Origin: Glycera tridactyla
Taxonomy: Eukaryota
Assembly: GCA_965644265.1 (NCBI GenBank)
Contig: OZ286472.1
Span: 44,330,001 to 44,394,000 of the forward strand
DNA: 64,000 nt
Direction: 5' to 3'
Shown here: positions 27,276-40,200 of the stretch, in pieces
Position numbering within the stretch: the stretch's first letter is position 1
Layout: every line of letters begins with the position of its first letter
The notes under the pieces: model-generated
What the model was told of the DNA's origin: nothing
Seen by the model: only the letters and a program-made list of their open reading frames with translations
Database searches by the model: none
Position numbers and translations under genes: made by a program

Positions 27276-27436
27276 CAGTCGAAGCTACCCAAAAGACCAC
27301 CTCTCTATAAAGGCCACCCTGAGCTGCGACCACGGTCGTATTTTTGATAGTGAATGACCTCTCTTTAAAGACCACCTCCCTCTAGAGACCACTTTTTGGT
27401 GTGAACGAAGGCGGTCTCTATAAGGAGGTTCGACTG
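27276..27436. mobile_element. 161-bp MITE, Tc1/mariner (pogo-like) superfamily
   Basis: TA|CAGTCGAA...TTCGACTG|TA; imperfect ~27-bp TIRs; internal repeated GACCACCTCTCT..AAAG motifs; no ORF. Confidence 0.75.
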
Positions 27437-27878
27437 TATGTCAGATAGCCATAGGCAAGTGGTTGGTTCTAGCATGCATTCCATCATCGGCAACATTCCA
27501 AGAGCGAGCCAAAGATGTGTTGGAAATCAACCTGAATGGTATCTACTCTATCTTTCAAATATTACACGCATGCTTGGTGACAATAATTCCCATTGAATGG
27601 AATGTGGTGCACATGAGTGTGATCACGAAATCGTTCGGATGTTCGATACAATATATCTGTCACGTGCTGCTGGTCTAGACATCAATATACTGCAAATCCT
27701 GCCAAGGAGGTTTGATAGATTTGTTAACTGAATATATTTTCCAGATCGACATATTCTCTTTCTCATCGATAACTATACAGAATATGACCAGGTTTTAGAA
27801 TCTCGAATTTCTCTTTTGATCTATCTTATTACGGCCCTAGACAATGGATCAGCGAGCCTTTCAGTGAGTCGGCCAGGC

Positions 27879-28054
27879 NNNNNNNNNNNNNNNNNNNNNN
27901 NNNNNNNNNNNNNNNNNNNNNNNNNNNNNNNNNNNNNNNNNNNNNNNNNNNNNNNNNNNNNNNNNNNNNNNNNNNNNNNNNNNNNNNNNNNNNNNNNNNN
28001 NNNNNNNNNNNNNNNNNNNNNNNNNNNNNNNNNNNNNNNNNNNNNNNNNNNNNN
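27879..28054. other. Assembly gap (176 N)
   Basis: N run; right flank is (CAGT)n. Confidence 1.
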
Positions 28055-30602
28055 CAGTCAGTCAGTCCGTCAGTCAGCTTTACACTAACACGGTTTCATA
28101 TCTGGTCGACACAAGATCATGTCCGACCATGAGGGCCAAATGTTTCCACTTCGATAAATGAGACACGAAAAAGTTGTCCGCCTCTCGACCGTGATAAATG
28201 AATTTTGAACCAGTGATAAAACTGTGGCAATTTTGCCATGGTTTACACCATGTTTACAGCAGGATTACACACATAATGATGCAGAATCTGTCCGTTTCAC
28301 CTCAATTAGTGGCAGATCGAATAGGTGTCCATCTTGGTCAGGCGTAGAATAACGTAGAATGGGGCAGGATGACACATACTGCATAAGGCTATGGGACAGT
28401 ATGACTAAGTCTGCATACATTTTCCGAATCACTATGAAAGAAAGACCTGGCCCTGAAAATGATCAAATGCTGTTATCATGCTGTAGTCTCTATTTTCTCG
28501 ATCAAAATGAAGAACGTAAAGTTTGTGATTCGATGGAATACCTGGCGAGACGAATACATTTGATTTTGCTCGAATCTAGCTGATGCCGTTTAGTAGAGGC
28601 AAATATTTAGATAGAGAGGAAGATCAGAAAAATATTCAATAGCAGAGGATGTGGAAGACATGGAATACACAACAGAAGACGAATATATCAAAAACGAACA
28701 TATATAGATGACCACAAAAACGAGGGAAGCATAATAAACGATAACACTGATATCACAAACGTGAACGACTGGATCAGAAAAAGAGAGGAAGATAGCTCAG
28801 ATGTTTCGTAGACGACCCGTAACTCAAAATGTGAATTCGTCAAATGAGATATCTACATATTGGTCACCAACATAGACATTATCTGGGTATTGGCACATGT
28901 GAAACCATACCAGCATAGGCAGTATATGAGTACTGGTACATGTGAAGCCATGCAGTATGTATGCCAGAGCTAAAATTGAAACCGGCACAGGCAATGCCTG
29001 AGTACCATCAACAAAGGTGGTGCTTGAGTACCAAACATACAGGCAATATCTGAGCACTATCCGATGTGAAATGATGCAGCGGTTATGCTAGATATCAGCC
29101 CAGGAAATGGGAGAGTAGTGGCCCATGTACAATGACGCAACAATGGTGGTTACATATACTAGACAGCTGCATCTTCAATCTCACGTGGAGTGACATTTCC
29201 CAGTGCATCTCGGTTAGAGCTATGTCTGGGACAAAATCGTGCAGCTGGGGTGTTGGTTCTAGTGTCGACAAATACACAGTCAGCCGTGATCTATCATGTA
29301 CCTCCATTCAGCCAATGGGTGATTCGGGCCTGGACAAGCATCAGTCGAGGAAACGTGCGTCCTCTGTGTAAATATAACTGCCGTTAGGAAGTCGGAATAA
29401 ATAGAGAAGGTAAAGGTTGTGTGTTGGCTTGCGGGAAAACCTGAGCTGATGGGTTAGCGTTGAGAGTAAACGTGCGAGTGTTGTGTGCTATTGTAGGCTG
29501 CAACGGGCCGAGACTGGGCCATCTGTGAAATGGAGAAGCTAGTCCGTGGAAGCATAGATTATGTCGATGTGTTGTGGATAATGAGAAGCTAGGCATTTTG
29601 TGAGAGTTGAGAAATTAATCGGCAATTTTTATTCGGTGTGGAAAGGATACAGAAAAACTGGAATAGTATACAAGAGTTTTGCGAAAGTAATTTGTCGGAA
29701 GTGAATGTCCTGGTTATTGCCTTCATGTTAGGTCATGACTGGTCATAATATGTGCCAGCTATCTAATGGGCAGGGGAAAATACACGATATGAAATTGAAC
29801 AGATAGGCACGGGTTCAGTGGGACCAGTTTTCGTTACCAAATGATGATTGGAATCAGTACCCCTCACATCGGATGATGCAAATGATATGAAAGGACTGGG
29901 AGGAATATCTCATGTAACTCCTCTTCCAACCAATATAAGAACTCTGAGTAAACCTTGGCTTCAGTAAAGTCTATAATTAGCGCCTTTCTCTACTCGTGAT
30001 ACAGATTCTAGAGCCGGCTCGGTGCTCACTTTATGTCTTTGTTATCAGTCGTCACCATTCATGGAGTGTGAAAGGCTTTAGTTCTGTCTGGCCATATCCT
30101 TTACTCCTGCATTAATGGCAGTCATTCTCATGGTGAGTGTCTCGCGATCGATAGACCTTGCTTAACTTTCTCAGACACTACTAGTGACAAGAGGAACTTG
30201 ATTGCATGCAATTTTCTCATCACCTAATTACAACTTAGAGAACCTCAAAGCAGACAACATCAAAATCTACATATGTTAAGTCGGTAGAGAGTGATCGTTC
30301 GTTCTCAGCCTCCTAATTGAAGGTCCGACCGATTAAATAGAGTTAGAACGGAGAAAGCGAACTAGTTGTCTCATACAGGCCAGTGCCCTTACAGTTTTAT
30401 CATTTCAGCCACGCATGCACCGCAGGAGAGGGAATGAAGACATTTAGTATCACCGTGGCCCATACTTTGCCTATTGAGTATGTTCATTTGTAAGATATAA
30501 AACACTATTCCAGAGGCGTTCACGCACTGGAAATCTCATTGTGATATGACGCGCAGTCTATTGGCGAAGAGTTGCAACATCGCTAATTCATTCACTGAAG
30601 CT

Positions 30603-31210
30603 NNNNNNNNNNNNNNNNNNNNNNNNNNNNNNNNNNNNNNNNNNNNNNNNNNNNNNNNNNNNNNNNNNNNNNNNNNNNNNNNNNNNNNNNNNNNNNNNNN
30701 NNNNNNNNNNNNNNNNNNNNNNNNNNNNNNNNNNNNNNNNNNNNNNNNNNNNNNNNNNNNNNNNNNNNNNNNNNNNNNNNNNNNNNNNNNNNNNNNNNNN
30801 NNNNNNNNNNNNNNNNNNNNNNNNNNNNNNNNNNNNNNNNNNNNNNNNNNNNNNNNNNNNNNNNNNNNNNNNNNNNNNNNNNNNNNNNNNNNNNNNNNNN
30901 NNNNNNNNNNNNNNNNNNNNNNNNNNNNNNNNNNNNNNNNNNNNNNNNNNNNNNNNNNNNNNNNNNNNNNNNNNNNNNNNNNNNNNNNNNNNNNNNNNNN
31001 NNNNNNNNNNNNNNNNNNNNNNNNNNNNNNNNNNNNNNNNNNNNNNNNNNNNNNNNNNNNNNNNNNNNNNNNNNNNNNNNNNNNNNNNNNNNNNNNNNNN
31101 NNNNNNNNNNNNNNNNNNNNNNNNNNNNNNNNNNNNNNNNNNNNNNNNNNNNNNNNNNNNNNNNNNNNNNNNNNNNNNNNNNNNNNNNNNNNNNNNNNNN
31201 NNNNNNNNNN
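30603..31210. other. Assembly gap (608 N)
   Basis: N run. Confidence 1.
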
Positions 31211-34200
31211 CGCCTCATGATATTTTCGGGCCAATAATCAGGTAACAATCTGACCACGAATATCAACCAGGGTGTAACGAGTCATTGATACCCTCGTCAT
31301 GGATAAGATGGTAAATGGTCCCGGAAATGCCAGAGGGGGGCTCAATGGAATGTGCTAATGAGAACCCTCCAGATAATATGAAACCCTTCAGAAATTACAT
31401 CATATTATCACCCAGTTATGGGATAGCACACGGGGTAATCTGGTACTAATTCTGTTGTGCCCACAGACTGCTATATGAGAGTGAAAGACAAGGAATGGCA
31501 GTCCATCACGGCTGTCGGTAGTGCACGAAGGACGAGGATGCTGTTATACATAAGATGATAGACCATGCAAATGAGGCGGGTCACGGTGTGGGATTGTTGA
31601 TTATCTTACGCGAGACACTCATCAATTACCAGGCGAAAGAAGTGCATAATCTTCTCGTTATCCCAGATGCCTTGTGTCTATCATCACCAGGGTGGATAAC
31701 TGATATGATCCCGAATAGCACAGCAGATTCAAAGGAAAACGAAATAACTGGATGCACTTGAAATGTGAGTGATAGCCATACCAGTTTGCTCATAAGTATT
31801 GAATAAGAAACCACAATCGGGATGTTCTGCCCCAAGATTGACATCAGTACATCTGAAACACTTATCCATGTGCTGAGTGAGGCTTGTTGACTTCCGTCAT
31901 CTCTGATGTTTCGAGAAAGTTCAATATTCTACAGGAATGAAGAATGAGTAGAATGGATTCTATAATTCATGACCATCAAACAGAGAATACAGATTCAGTC
32001 TTTCACCCAGTAACATAGATTTTATTAACTTTTCCAGGCGAACGACCAGTGGATGTTCCTGGAAACCAACTTCTAGTTATTCACATCCTGATGATTTCGC
32101 TCGATTCCCTTTGCCTTTGATCTGCCAGTCTGTCGGTCGGTCTTCATGGCTGTCCGCATGTTATTTAACATTAATTTTAAGCTAATACGGAGTTGACAAG
32201 TTCTCTCTGGACCCATCTCTTTCTGTTCAAATACTGTACTGTGCTGAACTGGATGCAGACAATAATATAGTTAAATACGCTAGTGTTGTATTCATCAGCT
32301 TCATCATAAGCGTTCAGTGGATCTGAGCTGCCAGCAGTTACCATTTGACAACTTTCTTGGTTCCTCATCATCTTGTGGTCAAGATAATGTTAGTGATATT
32401 CGCAGAGGACAGGACATCCCGCCTGCATAGATCAATCACTTCGATCAATCGGACTGTGACTCTAACCCTCTGTATAGCAACGCTTCTCACAAAATGAATG
32501 CACTGGCGCAGATGGTATTATGTCCGAACTTGAGTCAATAGACCAAAAAAGATGGGTATCGGAGGAATTTGTAAGGGACTGCACTGTTGTGACTGGAGAG
32601 CACACTGCTCTATCTCCCATAATACATGTCTTAGCAGAGCGGCCAGTGGGATTCACAGCCTCCATTCATCAGCATTCATGGCTCTGACCTGCCAGCTAGC
32701 ATTGACATGCTCGAGTCAGCCTGTTGGTGTCATCTGATCCCAGCATGATCGACCGAAAGTCGGACGAGAAAGCCAGATCTCACCCAGCGCCATGTGTTCA
32801 AACATTCCTAGTCACTGATCAGGTTGTAGATGTGCAGGGATATCAGAATTTCACCATACTCGAGGGACGCTGCGGGGGATGAAAAGTGGCGTCGATAAAT
32901 TCAATCCGAGATGAATAGGTACGATGGAGCTTCCAGCATTGAAGTGATCCTGTGGTGTGGTGGTGGTGTGCAACGTCGAATATGCCGAAAAAGATTCCCA
33001 GGTAAGAAATTGGGGTTGGAATTATCGAAATGGCCGTGATGATGAGTGAAGTAGAAAGAGATGTTTTCTCATCCCATGGCAACTGCTAAAATTGGGCGGA
33101 GCTTGAGCATTGGAGATTATTCTGATCTCCCGCTAGTCGCCGTCCGACTCTTCTTTGATCTCCCACCGTGCATAGACGATGCTCCATATGCAAATCAGTT
33201 AGACAAAAATCTGTTGTTTTGGTAAAATTAGTTTCCGCAGAGTGTAGCCACTGGTAATAAAGAGTGAACAAATGACAAGAAAAATGGAGTAACATTGTTT
33301 GGTCCCAGTATTGTTTGCTCTTCGATCAGTAGCTTGGTTAGGAATAAGTGAAATATCAATTGCAGCGAGTAATTTCGAGGATTTGTGGCACCCAAAAAAA
33401 GAACCCGGTGATTCACATCGTAGCGTATGATTATCAATGTCATTGAAGTACACACATCTTACCAAAAATCAACATTCATCCAAAAATCAGCCGTGGAATA
33501 AAAACGAGAAGCCGCAGCCGTGCTGAAGAAGCAAGAACTGATGTATATCTGTCTTGTTGGAGATCGTGGCAGTCTCGGATGTCCATCAGTTCTAGCTATA
33601 ATATGTAGTGTATTCATTTGCAATGATCACGTGTAGTCATCTTACACATTCCGAACTCCCCAAGGACTATATTTCATTTATCAGAGAGCTTGTCAGAGAG
33701 TCAGACTTACATCACTGCTGATAATAGCACATATTCCATTCTGACAGGTATCCTGTAATGTTCTGAAGATCGAATGCCGAGCTGATTGTAGTGACTTGAT
33801 CTAATAATGACTCCATTGTCATTGTAATGCATCTATTTGCTGTCGCTGCAATAGTTTGACCCTATCCTTTTCTATTCATGCTTATCAGCATATGACTCGT
33901 GATCATTTCCAATGACATAGCAACATTTCCCCTCCGTTTCACCGAGTGGATCAGAGAGAAACTTGTTCCACCCTGTCCGGCTGAGACAGAGTTGTCACTC
34001 TGTCGAAGTAGGAATGATTTTCTACGCTCATGATGGAATACTGAGTCAATCTATGAGACGACATACAACTCATGATTATATACCCAGCAGGATATGCATG
34101 TGGCCATCCGAATCAACCAACTGGGGTATACTTGACGCTCATGAAACGTGATATGGAATTTCCTTTCTACGGCGAGACAACAATCTATTCAACCTTCAAA

Positions 34201-35026
34201 AAATAATATGCCTCAAAAGGTTCCGGGGAATTCGGGGGGGGGGGGGGCGTGGTGAAGGTATACGGAATGTCTCTCCACTCCATGAACCATTCACATCGGT
34301 GGGTTTTTGAGTCAAAAACGTCGTGAAGATAAGATGCAGAAAGTGTGTTCCCACTCGGTCCTATTATATGGCCTCATCGAAGCTCTGTATTGAAGGATAG
34401 AGTTGACACGAGTAGTAAATGACACCCTCAAATCACTTCACTTTCAGTGACGGCACTTCGGCAAAGGGAAAAACCTCTCAATAGATGTCACATGGCTCGG
34501 AGGACGATGAGCTCCCGACTTGAGTCATTCTATGATGACTATATGCAAACGAGCTACTTCTGTCGTTTCTCCACATTCTCTGTCAGACGTTTGTCTCCAG
34601 GCGACGACGCTATGTGGAAGAAAGTGATGTTTGAATTGGAATTTAATCTGGCCGATAGTTGATGGCAGGCAGGCCAGGAGGTCACTATCATCACTTCTTC
34701 TCGCGCCATCCCCTAACCTACAGCTCTGAATGAGGAGAAGCATACGGAACGAATTCACTTGGCAATAATACGGGTGACCTGACGGCTGTCGAAGATGTTG
34801 CTGTCTGAATCACAATTTGGTTCCGTGATCTGCCTCATCAAAGTAGCTTTGTGCAATCAACATGTCAATCATTCCATCTGTGCATCAACTCCCTCCACTC
34901 GCTCACTCATTCGACCTGATCATCAGTCAGTCGTCAGCCAGTTCCTTCGACCGTTTTTTATCTTGTGTGTTTTCAATTCGATCATATATCCGTCCATCTT
35001 TCCATTTGTCCATGCGCCTCTCTGTT

Positions 35027-35127
35027 AGTCAGTTGGTAAGTCAGTCAGTCAGTCAATCAGTTAGTCAGTCAGTCAGTCAGTCAGTCAGTCAGTTAGTCGG
35101 TCATTCTTTCAGTCAGTCAGTCAGTCA
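35027..35127. repeat. (CAGT)n microsatellite, imperfect
   Basis: Direct reading. Confidence 0.95.
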
Positions 35128-35147
35128 CTTTTCCTCCCCTTCTCCTT

Positions 35148-35460
35148 CACTCACTTACTAACCTATTCGATCACTCACTCACTCACTCACTCACTCTTTC
35201 ACTCACTCACTCACTCACTCACTCACTTGACCAGTCACTCACCCACTCATTCACCCAATCAATCACCCAGTCACTCACTCACTCACTCACTCTCTCACCC
35301 AGTCACCCACCGACCCACTCACTCACTCACTCACTCACAAACTCACACTCTCTCTCTCACTCACTCACTCACTTGCTCGCTCGCTCACCCACTCTCACTC
35401 ACCCACTCACTCGCTCACTTACTCATTCACTCGCTCACTCATTCATTCACTCACTCACTC
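35148..35460. repeat. (ACTC)n microsatellite, long imperfect
   Basis: Direct reading; explains the THSL-repeat ORF 35227-35520. Confidence 0.95.
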
Positions 35461-35721
35461 GGAATCTGTTCACGTATTGAATCACTCAATCTCATAGCGG
35501 CGCTGGGGATTAGAGTGTGAAGGGCGACAGATCAAAGTGCCGCATAGCTGGCTTCTCTTTGTTTGCCTTCGTGGCTAGCGGTCCCGACTACGATGACAGT
35601 AATTCACTGATGTGGGATGAGCAATTGCCTGCCATTATTTTCGGCCTGAGGATGATTTCTCATTGCTCGATCCTACCCAGCCCACATTCTGTCACTATCT
35701 CTGTTGTACTTATCTTTGCAG

Positions 35722-35966
35722 ACGCCATCATCCCCTGTCGTTTCGAGCACATCGCCTACCTCTCTACCCAACCCCTTTTCCCCTACGTCAATGTGAACTA
35801 GATTCCGGATCATCGTCATGGGCATCAAAGAGTACGCATGCCACTTTTGGGTCAGCTCACTTTCCACGAGGAAGTCTCAAGTGGCCCCGAGTACCAATTC
35901 TATGGGTAATATCACAGATAATTCTGAGAGCTTGCCCCACCTAAATATCCACCTCGTAAAAATAAA
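35722..35966 (+). CDS. Candidate terminal exon, product unknown
   Basis: Acceptor ctatctctgttgtacttatctttgcAG; reads (D)AIIPCRFEHIAYLSTQPLFPYVNVN* with C-ending codon bias; AATAAA at 35961-35966. Confidence 0.2.
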
Positions 35967-36240
35967 TATTTCATGTTTTTTCATTTTTCATAAGCATCAC
36001 TGAATGAATGATATGTATCTAGATCACCACTAACAGTATGGCCTTCGTGACTCCTGCACAGTTTATAATCTTTGATGCAAAATCGATACCGGGATCTATG
36101 TGAAATGTTCATCTTTATACATGACCATGAATGATATTTTCAGATCCTGATGAGGGTGACGCATACCCGTAGAAATACTGAATACAATTGACTTGTGCGA
36201 GCTCATACTCAATATGGATGTAACATGCATGAACCATAGG

Positions 36241-36742
36241 TGCTGGGATTATATACTGAATATGTTTGAAGGGTGCGTGCTGGGCCTATACCGAATATGA
36301 GTGTAGCATGCATGCTGGGCCTTTACTGAATGGGTGCAGCCTGCGTGCTGGGCCCATACTGAATGGGTGAAGCCTGTGTGCTGGGCCTATACTGAATGGG
36401 TGAAGCCTGCGTGCTGGGCCTATACTGAATGGGTGAAGCATGCATGCTGGGCTTATACTGAATGGGTGCAGCCTGCGAGCTGGGCCTATACTGAATGGGT
36501 GAAGCATGCGTGCTGGGCCTATACTGAATGGGTGAAGCCTGCGTGCTGGGCCTATACTGAATGGGTGAAGCATGCATGCTGGGCTTATACTGAATGGGTG
36601 CAGCCTGCGAGCTGGGCCTATACTGAATGGGTGAAGCATGCGTGCTGGGCCTATACTGAATAGGTGAAGCCTGCGTGCTGGGCCTATACTGAATGGGTGA
36701 AGCATGCATGCTGGGCCTATACTGAATATGGGTGAAGCATGC
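36241..36742. repeat. 33-bp minisatellite (~15 copies) with 132-bp higher-order repeat
   Basis: Unit ~AAGCATGCGTGCTGGGCCTATACTGAATGGGTG; variants run A-B-C-D-A-B-C-D-A-B from 36403. Confidence 0.97.
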
Positions 36743-37029
36743 ATTCAAGCATGGGCAGGGAGCCGACGCACCCATTATGTGAAGCATTGCATTCATACAT
36801 GTGACCAAAGACACGGGAGCTCATGGGTTAACCAAATGGTGTCAGGCTACTGTCCGTCCGCACCTCCTGGTGAGTCCATCACTTCTACATTGATATCTTG
36901 CAGTGGCCGCCACTAGAAGCAATGCGATCACCACGCAAACTGTTGAACAGACAACTGAAATAAGTGGATGGAAGACATCTTCCTTGCTCCTCTACAAGCC
37001 TTTATGGGAAAGTTATCTGAAATTGACTT

Positions 37030-37225
37030 GAGTCAGTCAGTCGGTTGGTCATTATCGAGTCGGAGATTCGGTCAGCTATTCAGTCGATCACACATTCAGT
37101 CAGTAATTGAGTAAGTAAGTAAGTCAGTCAGTCAGTCAGTCAGTCAGTCAGTCAGTTAGTCAGTCAGTCAGTAAGTCGGTCAGCAAGTGGAGTCAGTCAG
37201 TCAGTCGGTTGATCGGTCAGTAAGA
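37030..37225. repeat. (AGTC)n/(AGTA)n microsatellite, imperfect
   Basis: Direct reading. Confidence 0.9.
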
Positions 37226-40200
37226 CAGTCATGCTGACATTCTGTCAGTCCGCCAGTCTGTCAGTGTGACAAGCATTGATCCATCACTCAAGCTTCCACT
37301 CCGCACACGGATCTTTGATTTGAGGATTGTGTCCGTGAAACTAAGAAAAGGCCTGGTTGATCTCCATGACCGACAGCTCCCTGGCAGAATCCGCAGATGG
37401 CAGCTTCTCTGTGAAGCGATGATACTAACTTCCATGCAATGATGGAGACGACTCATAGTTCATCGTCTCTAGAAGGGTCTTCTTTCGAGTTGCTCTCAAA
37501 AGACTTGCTCTAAAGCCTAGAATACGACCTCTCTTGTGTACTACTTGTATCACTTGGTGCATTGATGGGGCAAGCCATGGGATCAAATTCTACCCCTGCT
37601 TACATATCTATTTGTAACTATATATGTGTACTTTGACATGAGTGAGTGAGAGAGGTGGGGTGTGAGAAGGATAGATAAACATATTGACAGAGATATAAAT
37701 GAAGGAATTGATTGATTGGTTGTTAGACGCTGAACGGCCTATATCAACCCAGAAGATTATGTATGCCATGTATTCAAAGTGAATGAAACATAGATGTTCT
37801 CTCCCCTGCACACTTCTCTCTCACAAACTCTCAATACAAAGTGATGGGAACCCGAAAGGTTGTCAAATGTAGATGAATGGAATCATAGATTGACGCATCA
37901 AACGGACTACAGACTCATGTATAGATATATGTGAAGATGTGATGGTATAAATGTGAAATGGAATAGGTGTATAAGAGAAATAAGGCTCAGGGGGAATTCT
38001 GCGTGGTCAGAGGGTTTTCGCCGCTGTTTTGCATGCAATACCTTTGCCACAGGATGGCAGTCGCATTAACACCAGATCTATTGCAAACATTGTCCCGCTA
38101 GCCCATGATATCTTCCATGAATCACATCCCCAAACGCTAGACTACTGGCGCCATTATCACCAAGTCCGCTTTAATTAAACCATTTGTCTAGTATAACTCG
38201 ACGGTCCTTGCGAGCAGGATGCAGATAATGGCCCTTTGCTACAGCATTGATGAAGTGATAAAGATTTGCGCGATACTTGTACCCTCGGACAAGTGTGTGA
38301 TATAGGCAAACAAATGGCCATTCTGCGTGCCATTGATGGAGGCATGTGTGAACTCGAGTCAAACTTTGCTCGTACCCTCTCCTCGAATTTCATTTTGAGA
38401 TGAGAACGATCTGGATTAATGAAAATCTCCTTTGATCCGAAATACGATGCAATAACATGCTATATCAGAAAAATGCATGAGGTATATAATCTGAAACAGG
38501 TTATCTCCCATGGAAAGTATGGAAAATATTCATGGCTATGGATATGGCAGCGAACACCACACTTAATTCTTTCTTGGTGCTATTGCGTTTTGATCTCGAA
38601 CGACTTGTGGTGGTCTGCTGGTGATTATTTTTTAGAGGAAGTGACAGAGAGTGTCACAATGGAGCCGAGCCCTGCTCATTGTGAGAAATGATAAGAACTG
38701 CATGTACTGCGACTATTCCGCGTCTAGCACATTGCCTGATTCAGCCTAATCATCACTGATTAGCCATTGAAGTCAGGGAGTCTCTCTCGTCAGAAAGCGA
38801 TCCAAGTGATCAGTACTGGGGACATTTATCCGTTGATATGGACTATCTACTGAGAAAGATGAGATAGGATGAGAGAGACAAACAGAGGAAGAGAGACAGA
38901 GACGAAGAGAGGGAGAGTGAAAGATTGGAAGAAGAACATACAGGCAAACACAGAGACTAACACACTGAGATCGATACCCAGAGTACTAGCGAGACTTTCC
39001 AAATATACAGCTACATAGTTAAACCATTATGATAGATGGCGGGAGGTGGATGGACCACGGCTATTGGATATTGCTCATACTTTCAAACGCAAACAACATA
39101 CCACACGAAGTAGAGCAACGGATGATGATGAGGTACCGCAATCATGCCAAGGATAATGTAGCGTGATTATGGTCTGATAAGTAAAGCTCTGGGTACACCT
39201 CAAGCAACACCCGATATCGCCTGGTCAAACAGAGAATATTGAAGGGTGGCTAGAAGGCATCAGGCCTGATGAGATCATAAAGTACCACATTATAATTGGA
39301 GCATGTGTTACTCAGATTTATCGACAATTATGTGCAGGATATGACAACTATGGAGTACCCGCCATGATGGAGTGTCCAATTAGAGATGATGTATTGCTCT
39401 TTCTTCTCCACCAGCATCTTAGAACATCATTCACTGACTGCAGGTCAAGTTTGACTTCAAGCCGAAAATAAACACATGCACACACATACATGCAGATCCA
39501 CATACAAGTACACCAATAGACATCGAAAACCGGTTGCATTATGGCTCGCAATCACTGGCTCGTCCACAATTGTCTCTTCTGATATCACAGTGAGTCTACA
39601 GTAGGCAGTGTTTGTTCCATAGATTTAGACTTATTAGCGCGATCTCGAATTTGGCAGTATAGGCCGCGATTTGGACATCCACCCATGTCACAGGCAACTC
39701 AGATATTTCGTCTCAATCTTCATAACCATGCCTTTCATTTCCTGGAATTCTGTGTCGGGAGAATTGATCGGCTTGCAACTTGCCCGCTTGTGATCATTGC
39801 AATTTTTCCTGTAAGTCTCGTCGCAATCTATTCTCAGGGTCGCAAAACAAAACAAAATGGCCATTCTCCAGTCATCATCACTCTCTCTTGTTGTCGTATC
39901 GTTTCTTCTTTCTAATCAATAGATGCAGCAACTTGGTCGAATCTAGCCAGTGAAGGTGTGGATACGTGTTAACCGTGCCATTTATAGGCATCTTCTTCAT
40001 GTACACTGAAATAGTGTGTTTTTTCTTACTACTGACTAAAATACGCCCACAATTATCATCCTCTATGCATGAAAGGACTCGATTTGTCACCCGTACCGTA
40101 GTCACAGAATGCAGCTATAGCTCTCCCCTACTCCAACAATGGAAGTCAAAGGGCACAAGACAAATGAGATCCCCCAGGAGTATAATCCCATGTAGATATC

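Noticed and set aside
32190-32580. Inverted pair of KRWV..E.V peptides (32190-32240 minus and 32530-32580 plus)
   Set aside because: Only ~58% nucleotide identity over 45 bp around an 8-bp core; compatible with chance
34223-34250. Poly-G run as a functional G-quadruplex
   Set aside because: Simple homopolymer; length is unreliable in short-read assemblies and there is no functional context
36241-36742. CRISPR-like 33-bp direct repeats
   Set aside because: Units are contiguous with no unique spacers, there are no cas genes, and the context is eukaryotic
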